A stretch of DNA of 64,000 nt. Source: Mycobacterium sp. (lineage in GTDB: Bacteria > Actinomycetota > Actinomycetes > Mycobacteriales > Mycobacteriaceae). Made by a program: the position numbers and the translations under genes. The notes beneath the pieces were generated by a model that saw only the letters and a list, made by a program, of their open reading frames with translations, was not told the DNA's origin and did no database searches. The stretch's first letter is position 1; each line of letters starts with the position of its first letter. The stretch covers positions 951 through 64,950 of the forward strand of contig JBMOKE010000002.1 of assembly GCA_049315425.1 (NCBI GenBank). Direction: 5' to 3'. Shown piece by piece: positions 10,186 through 21,073 of this stretch.

Positions 10186-12462
10186 TCAGTCGCCTCCGTG
10201 TGCCCCCACCTCGACGCGGTGGCGTCCACCGACGCTCTCCCGATCCGGCGGCTCTTCGCTGATACCGATGCGCTGGTGCAGCCGGGCCAAGGGCCCCGGT
10301 GCCCACCAGTTCCATCGACCCATCACTCTCATGAACGCCGGCAGCAGGGCCATCCGGACCAGGGTTGCATCGACCAGCACAGCCAGGGTCAGACCCAGCC
10401 CGAAGATCCGCATGAATGACACCTGTGCGGTAATCAGCGCGGCGAACGCGATCGACATGATCAGTGCGGCCGCAGTGACCACGCGCCCGGTGCGGGCCAG
10501 CCCCAATGCCACGCTCTCGTCGCTGCCCGCGTTGGTCTGCGGGGACTGCAGCCAGTACTCCCGAATACGGGCCAGCAGGAACACCTCGTAATCCATCGAG
10601 AGCCCGAATGCCACGCAGAACAACAGCACCGGCATATTGACTTCCATCGTGCCGGTCGGTGTTGTGCCCAGCGCACCCAGATGACCGTCCTGGAAAATCC
10701 ACACCAGTGCGCCGAACGCCGCCGACAGCGAAAGCAGATTCAGCACAATCGCTTTCAGCGGCAGCACGATGCTTCCGGTGAGTAGGAATAGCAGCACGAA
10801 GGTGATGACACCGATCAGTCCGAGTACCACCGGCATCCGCGAGGTGATCGCCGCGACGCAGTCCCGGTTGACCTGGGCGCCGCCACCGATCAACACCTCA
10901 CGTCCGGCTGGTTCGGCCACGGCGTGCAGCCGGTCGAGTTGAACCTTTGAGGCCTCCGAAAAAAGTGCGGCGGTACTGCGCACCGACAGGAACGCGCTGC
11001 CGTCGGCCATCCCGGTAGGTGCCGACGGCGGGCCGACCCGATTGCCGGCCACGAATGTTCCACCGGGTGCGGACACCAGGGACACGTCGGGCACCCGGGA
11101 AAGGTCGGCGGCATAGCGGTCAAATTCGACCGGGTCGGCACCGCTAGCGTCCGGAATCACCATGCTCACGGCAGTGTTGAAGTTGCTCGCGAAGTCATTG
11201 CGCAGTTGATCACCGACCTGATGTGTCGACGCGCTCTTGGGCAGTACGCGATCGTCGGGGTTGCCGAACTCGATCCGCAGGAACGGAACGCCCAACAGCA
11301 TCAGCAGAGCGACAATGGCGGTACCGATCGGTATGGCCCGCCCCATCACGAACTTCGTGGAGCGGTACCAGAACTGCCGCTGCACGGGTTTGGCGACCGG
11401 CTCCGGGCGCCCCAACACGCGCCGCACCAACCGGCGGATGTCGAGGGAGTCCAGCCGGTCGCCGAGCAGGACGATCGCCGCCGGGGTGACGATCACGGCG
11501 GTCGCCGCGGCGAACGCCACCGTCGCGATGCCTGAGTAGGCGAAGGATTTCAGGAAGTACATCGGAAAGAGCATCAAGGCGGACAACGACAGCGCCACCG
11601 TCACCGCGGAAAACAGAACGGTGCGACCTGCGGTGCTCATGGTGCGAACCAGGGCCGCCTCCCGGGTGGCGCCGGCGGCGATCTCGTCGCGGAACCGACT
11701 GAGGATTAGCAGCGTGTAGTCGACCGCCAACGCAAGGCCCAGGGCGGTGGTGATGTTGAGCGCGAAAATCGACACTTGAGTGAAGCTGGTGATCAGTCGC
11801 AGCACCGACATCGCACCCAGAATCGACATCAAGCCGACGATCATGGGCAACGCCGCAGCTATCAGTCCACCGAAAACCCACACCAGCACGAGAAAACTCA
11901 GCGGAACAGCGATCGACTCCATACGGAGCAGGTCGCGTTGGGTCTGTTCATTGATCTGCCGGTAGATCATCGCGGTACCGCCGGCCCGGACCGACACCCC
12001 GTCTCGGTCAGAAGCCACCTCGCCCGCCAGCGCAGCGGCGAATCCCTGCGCTTTATCTTCGCCACCGGCGATGGTGGCGACGATGAGGCCGGTCCTACCG
12101 TCGGTGCTGACCAATTCAGCTGCCTCAGCGGGTGGCGAGGTCCACGGCGAGCTCACGCCCAACACGTTCGGTGAGGATTCGAGGCTCTTGACGATCTCGG
12201 CCCCGGCAACGCTGGCCCGGCCGCCGGTGGCTCCGGAGGCATCGGTGACAGTAATCAGCAGCTTCTGGTCGCTCTGGTCGAATTTCTCGCTGAGCAGGCG
12301 ACCGGCGTGGGCCGACTCGGAGCCGGGGTCCTGAAAGCCCCCGGCCGAAAGGTGGTTGGCTACTGGAATCCCGAAGACCGCGGTAGCGATCATCAGCAGC
12401 GCCGCAATCGCGAGGATCTGCCGCGGCGAGCGAATAGCCAGCAGGGCGATTCTGTGCAGCAC
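10186..12462 (-). CDS. mmpL13: MMPL family RND transporter (MmpL13-like), intact
   Basis: Two MMPL halves with GLALAVDYTLLILSRFRDE and GLSMDYEVFLLARIRE. Confidence 0.85.
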   Translation of the reverse strand: MLHRIALLAIRSPRQILAIAALLMIATAVFGIPVANHLSAGGFQDPGSESAHAGRLLSEKFDQSDQKLLITVTDASGATGGRASVAGAEIVKSLESSPNVLGVSSPWTSPPAEAAELVSTDGRTGLIVATIAGGEDKAQGFAAALAGEVASDRDGVSVRAGGTAMIYRQINEQTQRDLLRMESIAVPLSFLVLVWVFGGLIAAALPMIVGLMSILGAMSVLRLITSFTQVSIFALNITTALGLALAVDYTLLILSRFRDEIAAGATREAALVRTMSTAGRTVLFSAVTVALSLSALMLFPMYFLKSFAYSGIATVAFAAATAVIVTPAAIVLLGDRLDSLDIRRLVRRVLGRPEPVAKPVQRQFWYRSTKFVMGRAIPIGTAIVALLMLLGVPFLRIEFGNPDDRVLPKSASTHQVGDQLRNDFASNFNTAVSMVIPDASGADPVEFDRYAADLSRVPDVSLVSAPGGTFVAGNRVGPPSAPTGMADGSAFLSVRSTAALFSEASKVQLDRLHAVAEPAGREVLIGGGAQVNRDCVAAITSRMPVVLGLIGVITFVLLFLLTGSIVLPLKAIVLNLLSLSAAFGALVWIFQDGHLGALGTTPTGTMEVNMPVLLFCVAFGLSMDYEVFLLARIREYWLQSPQTNAGSDESVALGLARTGRVVTAAALIMSIAFAALITAQVSFMRIFGLGLTLAVLVDATLVRMALLPAFMRVMGRWNWWAPGPLARLHQRIGISEEPPDRESVGGRHRVEVGAHGGD

Positions 12463-12631
12463 AGCGGCTATCCTTTCCCCCGACCAGCTAATTAGCAGGT
12501 CAACCCAGTGTTCCGTGGCGTCACGGGCCGGTCAACTGATGCAGGTGGCGGTAACCCGCCGGTAAGAATTGCCACCATTTTCCGAACCGTGACTCAATGA
12601 TTCCTTAAAAGAGACTAATAAGGTCAGTGAC

Positions 12632-12763
12632 ATGTGGATCGACGACAACAGTGCCGACGTCATCAAAGTTGACTTCGAAGCGCTTTATCACGGTGATTTC
12701 CTCGTGGAGGGTGACACCTCCGAGCAGTTTGAGGATCTCCCGCCACTGGCCAACGCCAGCTGA
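12632..12763 (+). CDS. Small acidic protein, 43 aa, unknown function
   Basis: MWIDDNSADVIKVDFEALYHGDFLVEGDTSEQFEDLPPLANAS; mostly G/C-ending codons; AAGG upstream; downstream terminator. Confidence 0.65.
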   Translation: MWIDDNSADVIKVDFEALYHGDFLVEGDTSEQFEDLPPLANAS

Positions 12764-12837
12764 CCGACGCGAGCCGTAAAAGGCCGCGTCCGCCCGACGT
12801 AGTTTCGCGCCGCGTCGAACCGCTCTTCAACGCACAC

Positions 12838-12868
12838 AGTGCCCGCCTGGATTCAGGCGGGCACTTTT
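12838..12868 (+). terminator. Intrinsic terminator
   Basis: Perfect 12-bp stem AGTGCCCGCCTG / CAGGCGGGCACT, loop GATT, ending in a T run. Confidence 0.85.
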
Positions 12869-12904
12869 GCGTCTGAGGCTGTGATGAGCTGTGAACAGGC
12901 CGGA

Positions 12905-13927
<1,023 letters not shown>

Positions 13928-14689
13928 TTAACGCGGGGCCATGCGAATGGCGCCGTCGAGGCGTATCACCTCGCCGTTCAGCATCGAATTCTCGACGATG
14001 TGCACGGCCAGCGCACCGTATTCGGCCGGGTTGCCCAGCCGGGACGGATGCGGCACCTGCGCGCCGAGCGAGGCCTTGGCCGGCTCGGGCAGCCCGGCCA
14101 GCAGCGGCGTGTCGAACAGTCCCGGCGCGATGGTCATCACGCGGATCTTCTTGTCGGCCAGGTCGCGGGCGATCGGCAGGGTCATACCGACCACGCCACC
14201 CTTGGACGCCGAGTACGCGGCCTGCCCGATCTGGCCGTCGAATGCCGCGACCGAGGCGGTGTTGATGATGACGCCACGCTCCTCGCCGACCGGGTCGTTG
14301 TTGACCATCCGCTCCGCGCCCAGGCGCAGCACGTTGAAGGTGCCGACGAGGTTGATGTTGACGATCCGGGCGAACTTCTTCAGCGGATAGACCCCGCCCT
14401 TGCCCAGGACGCGGATGGCGTCGCCGGTGCCCGCGCAGTTGACCACGATGCGGACCGGGCCCATCGACTCGGCGATATCGAAGGCGTTGGCCACCGCGTC
14501 CTCGTCGGTGACGTCGGCGGGTGCAAAACGCACCCGGTCGCCCAGTTCGGAAGCCACCTCCTCGCCCTTCGAGGACGGCAGGTCCAGGATGACGACCTTG
14601 GCACCGGAGTCCAGCAGTGCCTTGGCGGTCGCCAGACCCAGCCCTGAGGCGCCGCCGGTGACGACGGCTACCGCGTCCTTGATCTCCAC
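13928..14689 (-). CDS. 3-hydroxyacyl-CoA dehydrogenase type II, SDR (Rv1144-like)
   Basis: [30 protein letters not shown]; start GTG 14689. Confidence 0.9.
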   Translation of the reverse strand: MEIKDAVAVVTGGASGLGLATAKALLDSGAKVVILDLPSSKGEEVASELGDRVRFAPADVTDEDAVANAFDIAESMGPVRIVVNCAGTGDAIRVLGKGGVYPLKKFARIVNINLVGTFNVLRLGAERMVNNDPVGEERGVIINTASVAAFDGQIGQAAYSASKGGVVGMTLPIARDLADKKIRVMTIAPGLFDTPLLAGLPEPAKASLGAQVPHPSRLGNPAEYGALAVHIVENSMLNGEVIRLDGAIRMAPR

Positions 14690-14757
14690 GTATGTGATCC
14701 TTTCGCTCAGTCCGGATTCCGGCCCAGGGCCGCGTCGACCTACTGGTTGGTTGGGGA

Positions 14758-15846
14758 CTATACCCAGTCCCGCAGCACCGCCTCGGTGTCGGCACCCGGA
14801 ACCCCGGGCGGGGTCGGCCTGTCCGGCACGGTGCGGGAAAACCGCGGAGCCGGGGCGGGGAAGATCGAGCCGGCTTCTGCGTAGAAGGTGTCGCGCTCGG
14901 TGTTGTGCGGCTCGGTCTCGATCTCGGCGAACGACAGCACCGGCGTCACACACGCATCGCTGTCGGCGAAGATCCTCGCCCAGTGGTCGCGATCGTGGGC
15001 GGCGAAGGTTTCAGTGAATTTCGCCCGCAGTTCCGGCCAGCGAGCGACATCGTTCTGGCCGGGCAATGCGGCACCGTCCAGGCCGAGTTTCTCGAGCAGT
15101 TCGGCATAGAACTGCGGCTCGATCGATCCGACGGCTATGTAACGTCCGTCGGCACATTCGTAGGTGTCGTAATAAGGCGCACCGGTGTCGAGCATGTTGG
15201 TGCCGCGCACATCGCTCCACAAACCGGTATGCCGGAACGCGTAGATCATGTGTGCCAGCACGCTGGACCCGTCGACCATCGCGGCATCGATCACCTGGCC
15301 CTTACCTGACTGTTCCCGCTCCCACAGTGCCGAGAGGATCCCGACGAGCAGGAACATCGACCCGCCGCCGAAGTCGCCCACCAGGTTCAACGGCGGAACC
15401 GGACGCTCACCGGCCCGGCCGATGGCGTGCAGCACTCCGTTGAGCGAGATGTAGTTGATGTCATGACCCGACTGCTGGCTGCGTGGGCCGGTCTGGCCCC
15501 AACCGGTCATCCGGGCATAGATGAGACGGTCATTGACCTTCGCACAGTCGGACGGACCCAGTCCCAGCCGTTCGGTGACGCCTGGCCGAAAACCCTCGAT
15601 GAGCACGTCAGCCCTGGCGATCAGGCTCAGCACCAGATCACGGTCGGTAGGGCTTTTCAGGTCGGCCGCCACCGAGCGCCGGTTGCGCAGTGAGTGGTCC
15701 CTGCTCGGTTCCGTCCTGGGCGTCTTGCTGGGGCGCTCCACCCGTACCACGTCGGCACCCAGGTCGCCGAGGATCATCGCGGCGTGCGGCCCCGGGCCGA
15801 TCCCGGCCAGTTCGACGACTCTCAAGCCCGTCAGTGGTCCCGCCAT
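14758..15846 (-). CDS. mcr: Alpha-methylacyl-CoA racemase (CaiB/BaiF family)
   Basis: [34 protein letters not shown]. Confidence 0.9.
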   Translation of the reverse strand: MAGPLTGLRVVELAGIGPGPHAAMILGDLGADVVRVERPSKTPRTEPSRDHSLRNRRSVAADLKSPTDRDLVLSLIARADVLIEGFRPGVTERLGLGPSDCAKVNDRLIYARMTGWGQTGPRSQQSGHDINYISLNGVLHAIGRAGERPVPPLNLVGDFGGGSMFLLVGILSALWEREQSGKGQVIDAAMVDGSSVLAHMIYAFRHTGLWSDVRGTNMLDTGAPYYDTYECADGRYIAVGSIEPQFYAELLEKLGLDGAALPGQNDVARWPELRAKFTETFAAHDRDHWARIFADSDACVTPVLSFAEIETEPHNTERDTFYAEAGSIFPAPAPRFSRTVPDRPTPPGVPGADTEAVLRDWV

Positions 15847-15927
15847 GGTCTACCGCCCTTCGTCAGTGAAGCCCACTCTTTGTACCTCCCTCGCACCGAG
15901 CCATTGCAGCGGGTCTACCGTGCAGCC

Positions 15928-16725
15928 ATGAATTACACGGGTATCTCTGACCTCACCGTCGACCTCGACGACGGTGTGCTGTCGCTGACATTCAACCGAC
16001 CGGACAGCCTCAACTCGCTGACCGAGGCCATGCTCAAGACAGCGGCCGACACGTTGGAGCACGCAGTCAACGATGCGAACGTGAAGGTGGTTCGACTCGG
16101 CGGTGCCGGACGCGGGTTCAGTTCGGGTGCCGGGATCAGTGCGGAAGACCAAGCTGCCGCGACGATTTCGGAGGGGGTCGATCCGTTGCTCGCCGAGGCC
16201 AACCGCACAGTCCGCGCGATCGCCGCCTTGCCCAAGCCCGTGGTGGCCGTCGTTCAGGGGCCGACCGCCGGCGTCGGCGTCTCGCTGGCGTTGGCATGCG
16301 ATGTCGTGCTGGCTTCGGATAAGGCGTTTTTCCTATTGGCATTCACCAAGATCGGACTGATGCCCGACGGCGGGGCCTCCGCACTCGTGGCCGCCGCGAT
16401 CGGCCGGATCAGGGCGATGCGGATGGCATTGCTGGCCGAACGCATCCCGGCCGCCGAGGCGCTGGAGTACGGACTCGTCAGCGCGGTCTACCCGCATGAC
16501 GATCTGGAGGCTCGGGTGGCCGAGGTGATCAACACACTGATGTCCGGACCGGCGGTGGCGCTGCGCAAAACCAAGCAGGCCATTAACGCCGCGACACTGA
16601 CCCAGCTCGATTCCGCCATCGACCGTGAGACCGAGGGCCAGCTCGTGCTGATCAAATCGCGCGACTTCGCCGAAGGCACCAAGGCTTTTCAGCAGCGGCG
16701 GACGGCGAACTTCACCGACGTCTAA
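15928..16725 (+). CDS. Enoyl-CoA hydratase (EchA10/EchA11-like)
   Basis: FSSGAGI, AGVGVSLALACD, GLMPDGGA; TACCGT 6 nt before ATG. Confidence 0.9.
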   Translation: MNYTGISDLTVDLDDGVLSLTFNRPDSLNSLTEAMLKTAADTLEHAVNDANVKVVRLGGAGRGFSSGAGISAEDQAAATISEGVDPLLAEANRTVRAIAALPKPVVAVVQGPTAGVGVSLALACDVVLASDKAFFLLAFTKIGLMPDGGASALVAAAIGRIRAMRMALLAERIPAAEALEYGLVSAVYPHDDLEARVAEVINTLMSGPAVALRKTKQAINAATLTQLDSAIDRETEGQLVLIKSRDFAEGTKAFQQRRTANFTDV

Positions 16726-16732
16726 GCCGTCG

Positions 16733-17422
16733 CTACAGCCCGAAGATCGGCGGCAATGCGAGCACCATGATCGACCCCCACACCAGGTGGGTGAGTACCG
16801 GTGCCAGCACACCCCCGGTGGCGCGGCGTTCCAGCGCGCATACCGTGCCCAGGATCAAGGCGGCGAAGCCAAGCATGGGATTGCCACTGACTGACGTCGC
16901 GCCCACGTACAGCAGGGTCGAAATCGCCACCGGGTGGAATCGGCCGAGGGCGGTGTAGAGCGCGCCGCGGAAGAACAACTCCTCGGCGACGGCGTTGATC
17001 AATGCGATCAGCACAATGAACGCGACGTGGCCATGATTGGTGTATTCGAGGACCCGGGAGATCCGCTCGGCGACCGGCGGGATCTCCCGCACCACCAGTC
17101 CCCCGGCGAGGAATACCCCGCCCAGCAGCGCTCCGATCGCGATCCCGGTGAGCACCGGACGCTGATTGCGCCCGCGCCAGTTGATACTGCCCAGATGCAG
17201 TGGTCCGGACAGGAGCGTGCCCACGGTCCAGACGGCACCCAATGACACCGCCGACACGAAGAACGACTGGTCACCGGGCTGACTTCGCAGCGAGTAACCG
17301 AGCAGCACAGCGCCAACCACCAGGACCACGACGACGATGAGACGCCGCCGCCGGATCACCGACGGCCATTCGTGATGCGGCACAGCGGCATTGGTGGCGG
17401 CCGCGAGGATCTCGCCGGGCAT
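16733..17422 (-). CDS. CPBP/Abi (CAAX protease-like) intramembrane metalloprotease (Rv1140-like)
   Basis: AEELFFRG motif and APVLTHLVW. Confidence 0.85.
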   Translation of the reverse strand: MPGEILAAATNAAVPHHEWPSVIRRRRLIVVVVLVVGAVLLGYSLRSQPGDQSFFVSAVSLGAVWTVGTLLSGPLHLGSINWRGRNQRPVLTGIAIGALLGGVFLAGGLVVREIPPVAERISRVLEYTNHGHVAFIVLIALINAVAEELFFRGALYTALGRFHPVAISTLLYVGATSVSGNPMLGFAALILGTVCALERRATGGVLAPVLTHLVWGSIMVLALPPIFGL

Positions 17423-17459
17423 CTCGATAGCCTAACCGGCACCAGGCTTGCCGGTGAGG

Positions 17460-17987
17460 TCAGCCCTGCGGGGCGTCCCGGTGCATATCAATGAGGTGTT
17501 CGTACACTGCGGCGTTGTGGCGGTTGCCGGCAACTTCGGCATCGCTGAGCTCGCGGCGCACTTTGCCGGGCACCCCGGCCACCAGGGAACGCGGCGGAAC
17601 CACCATGCCCTGGGGTACGACGGCGCCGGCGGCCACCAGCGAGCCGGCACCGACGACCGCCCCGTTGAGCACGATCGCACCCATCCCGATCAGTACCCCG
17701 TCCTCGATCGTGCAGCCGTGCAGTACCGCGTTGTGACCGACCGTGACACCGGCACCGACGCGTACCGGGAAACCGGGGTCGACGTGCACCGTCACACCGT
17801 CCTGGATATTGGCGCCGACACCGATATCGATCAGTTCCGCCTCGGCTCGCAATGTCGCCGAATACCAGACCCCGGCCCGGGCGGCCAGGTGCACGTGACC
17901 GATAAGGCTGGCGTTGGGTGCCACCCAGGATTGCGGGTCCAGCTGCGGGGTATGACCGGCAACGGTCACGATCAGGGGTTCGGCCAT
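17460..17987 (-). CDS. Gamma carbonic anhydrase family hexapeptide-repeat protein
   Basis: NIQDGVTVH, VGHNAVLHGCTIEDGVLIGMGA; TACGAT 7 nt before ATG 17987. Confidence 0.9.
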   Translation of the reverse strand: MAEPLIVTVAGHTPQLDPQSWVAPNASLIGHVHLAARAGVWYSATLRAEAELIDIGVGANIQDGVTVHVDPGFPVRVGAGVTVGHNAVLHGCTIEDGVLIGMGAIVLNGAVVGAGSLVAAGAVVPQGMVVPPRSLVAGVPGKVRRELSDAEVAGNRHNAAVYEHLIDMHRDAPQG

Positions 17988-18060
17988 GGCGGCCATCGTA
18001 AGGCCGGTCAGCGCGGCCCTCGCGGCGACCTGCGGGTTGCCCGCCGGTTCGTCGTTTTGA

Positions 18061-18086
18061 GTAACGAAAGGGCTTCCGACTACGAT
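18061..18086 (+). promoter_or_regulatory. Putative SigD-type ECF promoter GTAACG-N17-GAT
   Basis: Sequence GTAACG aaagggcttccgactac GAT, 63 bp upstream of the fasciclin start. Confidence 0.55.
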
Positions 18087-18119
18087 TCCACAGGCGTTAC
18101 GGATTCCACAGGCGTTACG
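18084..18119 (+). repeat. Perfect 18-bp tandem duplication GATTCCACAGGCGTTACG x2
   Basis: Read directly. Confidence 0.9.
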
Positions 18120-18149
18120 CGAACGATTGACCGATTCAGGAGACCTCAC

Positions 18150-18989
18150 GTGAGCACTCGTACCAAGACCCTTGGCGCCATCGCGGCCATCGCCGCGATC
18201 GCCGTCGCGGTTCCGACAGCTGTGCAGGCCTACGCCGACCCCGCCCCTGCCGACCCCGCCACGCCGACAACGGCCACCCCGGTTCCGACGTCCACGAAGG
18301 TGCCCGACCCGCAGGGTCCCGGCTGCGACGCCTACCGCAGTCAGGTGCCCACCGGCGCCGGGTCCATCCCCTCCATGGCCGTTCAGACCGCGTCACAGGC
18401 CATCGCAAGCAACCCCGATCTGAGCACCTTCAGCGCCGCGATCTCGGGCCGGCTGAACCCCGACGTCAATATCGTCAGTGTGCTCGACGGCGGTCCGTAC
18501 ATCGTCTTCGCACCGACCGACGCGGCGTTCTCGAAGTTGGATCAGGACACGCTGACGGCACTCAAGACTGATCCGACGGCGCTGCTGCCGGTGCTCTTCT
18601 ACCACATGGTGCTGGGTAACGTCGGCCCCGCCAACATCGCCGGCAAGATGCCGACCCAGGACGGCCGGGCGGTGGTCGTCACCGGTAAAGATGGCGACAT
18701 TAAGGTCAACGACAACCGAGTCGCGTGCGCCTACGCCGTCCGCAGCGGGTACGTCTACATGATCGACACCGTGCTGACGCCCCCGGTGTCGGCCGCCGAA
18801 GCCGGTTCGACGGCCGCCTCGGGTACCGAGACGGCTACCTCTGCCACGCCGTCGGCGACAACGTCGGCCGCACCGGCCAGCGAATCACCGGCATCACCGA
18901 CGACGTCAGCTGCGCCGGCGTCAGCGACTGAGGCGGCACCGAGTCCGACGGCCGCCACTCCGGCAACGACGGTCAAGCCCGCCGCATAA
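18150..18989 (+). CDS. Secreted fasciclin-domain protein (MPT70/MPT83-like) with Ala/Thr/Ser/Pro-rich tail
   Basis: SD AGGAGA; signal peptide ending AYA; QGPGC, YIVFAPTDAAF, YHMV and YMIDTVLTP FAS1 motifs. Confidence 0.85.
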   Translation: MSTRTKTLGAIAAIAAIAVAVPTAVQAYADPAPADPATPTTATPVPTSTKVPDPQGPGCDAYRSQVPTGAGSIPSMAVQTASQAIASNPDLSTFSAAISGRLNPDVNIVSVLDGGPYIVFAPTDAAFSKLDQDTLTALKTDPTALLPVLFYHMVLGNVGPANIAGKMPTQDGRAVVVTGKDGDIKVNDNRVACAYAVRSGYVYMIDTVLTPPVSAAEAGSTAASGTETATSATPSATTSAAPASESPASPTTSAAPASATEAAPSPTAATPATTVKPAA

Positions 18990-19013
18990 GTTTCCTGACC
19001 TCAACGGCCAGGC

Positions 19014-19853
19014 TCAACGCGCCTTCCAGACCGGCTGTCGCTTCTCAGCGAAGGCCATCGGGCCCTCCATCGCGTCCTGGGACCGGAAGACCGCGTTCGT
19101 CTCCCGATTGGAGCGATCCCAGGAAACCCTCTCGGCGGCGATGGTGCCGTCGTCGGCTCCTGCCGCCACTCGCTTGCTGGCCTGAACAGCCAGCGGAGCG
19201 TTGACGGTGATCCGCTCAGCCAGCGCAATCGCGGCGTCGAGCACGGAGTGGCCGTCTGGGACAACCTCGTTGATCAGGCCCCACCGCAGTGCCTCATCGG
19301 CGGTGATCGGCTCGCCGGTGACGAGCAGTTGCATCCCGATCTTGCGGGGCAGCTGCTCGACGATGCGGAACACTCCGCCGGCTGCGGCGATCAGTCCGCG
19401 CTTGACCTCGGGCAGGCCGAACCTCGCGCTGGAGAGAGCCACGACGAGATCACTGGCCAGGGCAAGTTCGGTCCCGCCACCCAGAGCGGTGCCGTTGACG
19501 GCCGCGATGGTCGGCTTGTCGATGAAGTGCTGGACGTAGCCGGCGAAACCCCATTCGGGGTGATCGGGGTGGTAGATGTTCTCGCGCCGCGAGATTGCCT
19601 TGAGATCGGCTCCGGCGCAGAACGATTTGTCGCCGGCGCCGGTGATCACCACCGCCCAGACGCCCGGGTCATCTTGGGCCTGTTGCAGTGCGTCGCCGAC
19701 GCCGATGCTGACAGCTGCGTTGACCGCGTTGCGGGCATCGGGACGGTTGATGGTGATCACCAGGATGTTGCCCCGGCGCTCAGTAAGAGCGCCGGGGGCT
19801 TCGTCCGACGACGATCCTTGAGGAGCCGGACCGTCAGACACCGTCTCGGCCAC
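19014..19853 (-). CDS. Crotonase/enoyl-CoA hydratase family protein
   Basis: FCAGADLKA, ALGGGTELALASD, FGLPEVKRGLIAAAGG. Confidence 0.9.
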   Translation of the reverse strand: MAETVSDGPAPQGSSSDEAPGALTERRGNILVITINRPDARNAVNAAVSIGVGDALQQAQDDPGVWAVVITGAGDKSFCAGADLKAISRRENIYHPDHPEWGFAGYVQHFIDKPTIAAVNGTALGGGTELALASDLVVALSSARFGLPEVKRGLIAAAGGVFRIVEQLPRKIGMQLLVTGEPITADEALRWGLINEVVPDGHSVLDAAIALAERITVNAPLAVQASKRVAAGADDGTIAAERVSWDRSNRETNAVFRSQDAMEGPMAFAEKRQPVWKAR

Positions 19854-20998
19854 TACAGCAGTTCGAGAATTGTGGCGTTGGCCTGACCGCCGCCCTCACA
19901 CATCGTCTGCAATCCGTAACGAATGTTGTTGTCCCGCATGTGGTACAGCATCGTGGTCATGATGCGGGCACCGGATCCACCGAGGGGGTGACCCAACGCG
20001 ATGGCACCGCCGTTGGGGTTGAGTTTGCTCTCGTCGGCGCCGATCTCTTTGAGCCAGGCCATCGGGACCGGGGCGAAGGCTTCGTTGACCTCGAAGACGC
20101 CGATGTCATCGACGCTCAAACCGGAGCGCTTCAGGGCCTTCTGAGTGGCCGGAATGGGAGCGGACAGCATCATCACCGGGTCGGCGCCCGCGAGACATGC
20201 GGTGTGCACGCGGGCAATCGGCTTAAGTCCCAACGACTTCGCCTTCTCTGCCGACATGAACAGCAGGGCACCTGAGCCGTCGGAGATCTGCGAGGAGTTG
20301 CCGGCGTGAATCACACCATCCTCGGAGAACGCCGGCTTGAGCTGACCCATCTTCTCCAGGGTGGTGCCGCGGCGGATGCCCTCATCTTTGAGCACCATGT
20401 TCCCGTCAGCGTCTTTGATACCGACGATCTGGTCGTCGAATGCGCCGGAATCCTGTGCCTTGCCTGCTTTTTCGTGGGAGTCCAGCGAGAACTGGTCGAG
20501 CATTGTGCGGGTCAGGCCCCACTTGGTGGCCATCATCTCAGCGCCGATGCCCTGGTTGGGCGTGCGGTCGTAGCGACCCTTGAAACCTGCCGAGTAAGGG
20601 TTGCCGCCGCTGGCCAGCGAAGCGCCCATCGGCGTGCGCGACATCGACTCCACGCCGCCCGCAACGACGACGTCATAGTGACCGGCCACCACGCCGGCCG
20701 CCGCGAAGTGCACCGACTGCTGGCTGGAGCCGCACTGCCGGTCCACTGTCACACCGGGCACCGACTCCGGCCAGCCGGCGGTCAACACCGCGGTGCGCGC
20801 GATGTCCAGTGCTTGCTCGCCGGCCTGCATGACGCAACCCCAGATGACGTCATCGACGATCTCGGGATCAATCCCGGCCCGCTGTGCCAGGCCGTTGAGG
20901 ACCTGAGCCGACAGCTCGGCCGGGTGCACGCCGGACAGTCCGCCGTTGCGCTTGCCGACTGGTGCGCGTACCGCCTCGACAATTACCGCTTCCGCCAT
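19853..20998 (-). CDS. Acetyl-CoA acyltransferase (thiolase)
   Basis: DRQCGSS, NEAFA, GHPLGGSG, CEGGG; SD AAGGAG. Confidence 0.95.
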   Translation of the reverse strand: MAEAVIVEAVRAPVGKRNGGLSGVHPAELSAQVLNGLAQRAGIDPEIVDDVIWGCVMQAGEQALDIARTAVLTAGWPESVPGVTVDRQCGSSQQSVHFAAAGVVAGHYDVVVAGGVESMSRTPMGASLASGGNPYSAGFKGRYDRTPNQGIGAEMMATKWGLTRTMLDQFSLDSHEKAGKAQDSGAFDDQIVGIKDADGNMVLKDEGIRRGTTLEKMGQLKPAFSEDGVIHAGNSSQISDGSGALLFMSAEKAKSLGLKPIARVHTACLAGADPVMMLSAPIPATQKALKRSGLSVDDIGVFEVNEAFAPVPMAWLKEIGADESKLNPNGGAIALGHPLGGSGARIMTTMLYHMRDNNIRYGLQTMCEGGGQANATILELL

Positions 20999-21073
20999 CG
21001 GGCTTCTCCTTTGAGTGGGGTGATGTTGATCTTCGATTCATAGCACCGCGGTGCCGGTCACCGGTGGCCGGGG

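Noticed and set aside
17448-18149. Apparent long N-terminal extension on the fasciclin protein
   Set aside because: Antisense to the gamma-CA gene; an SD and signal peptide support GTG 18150.
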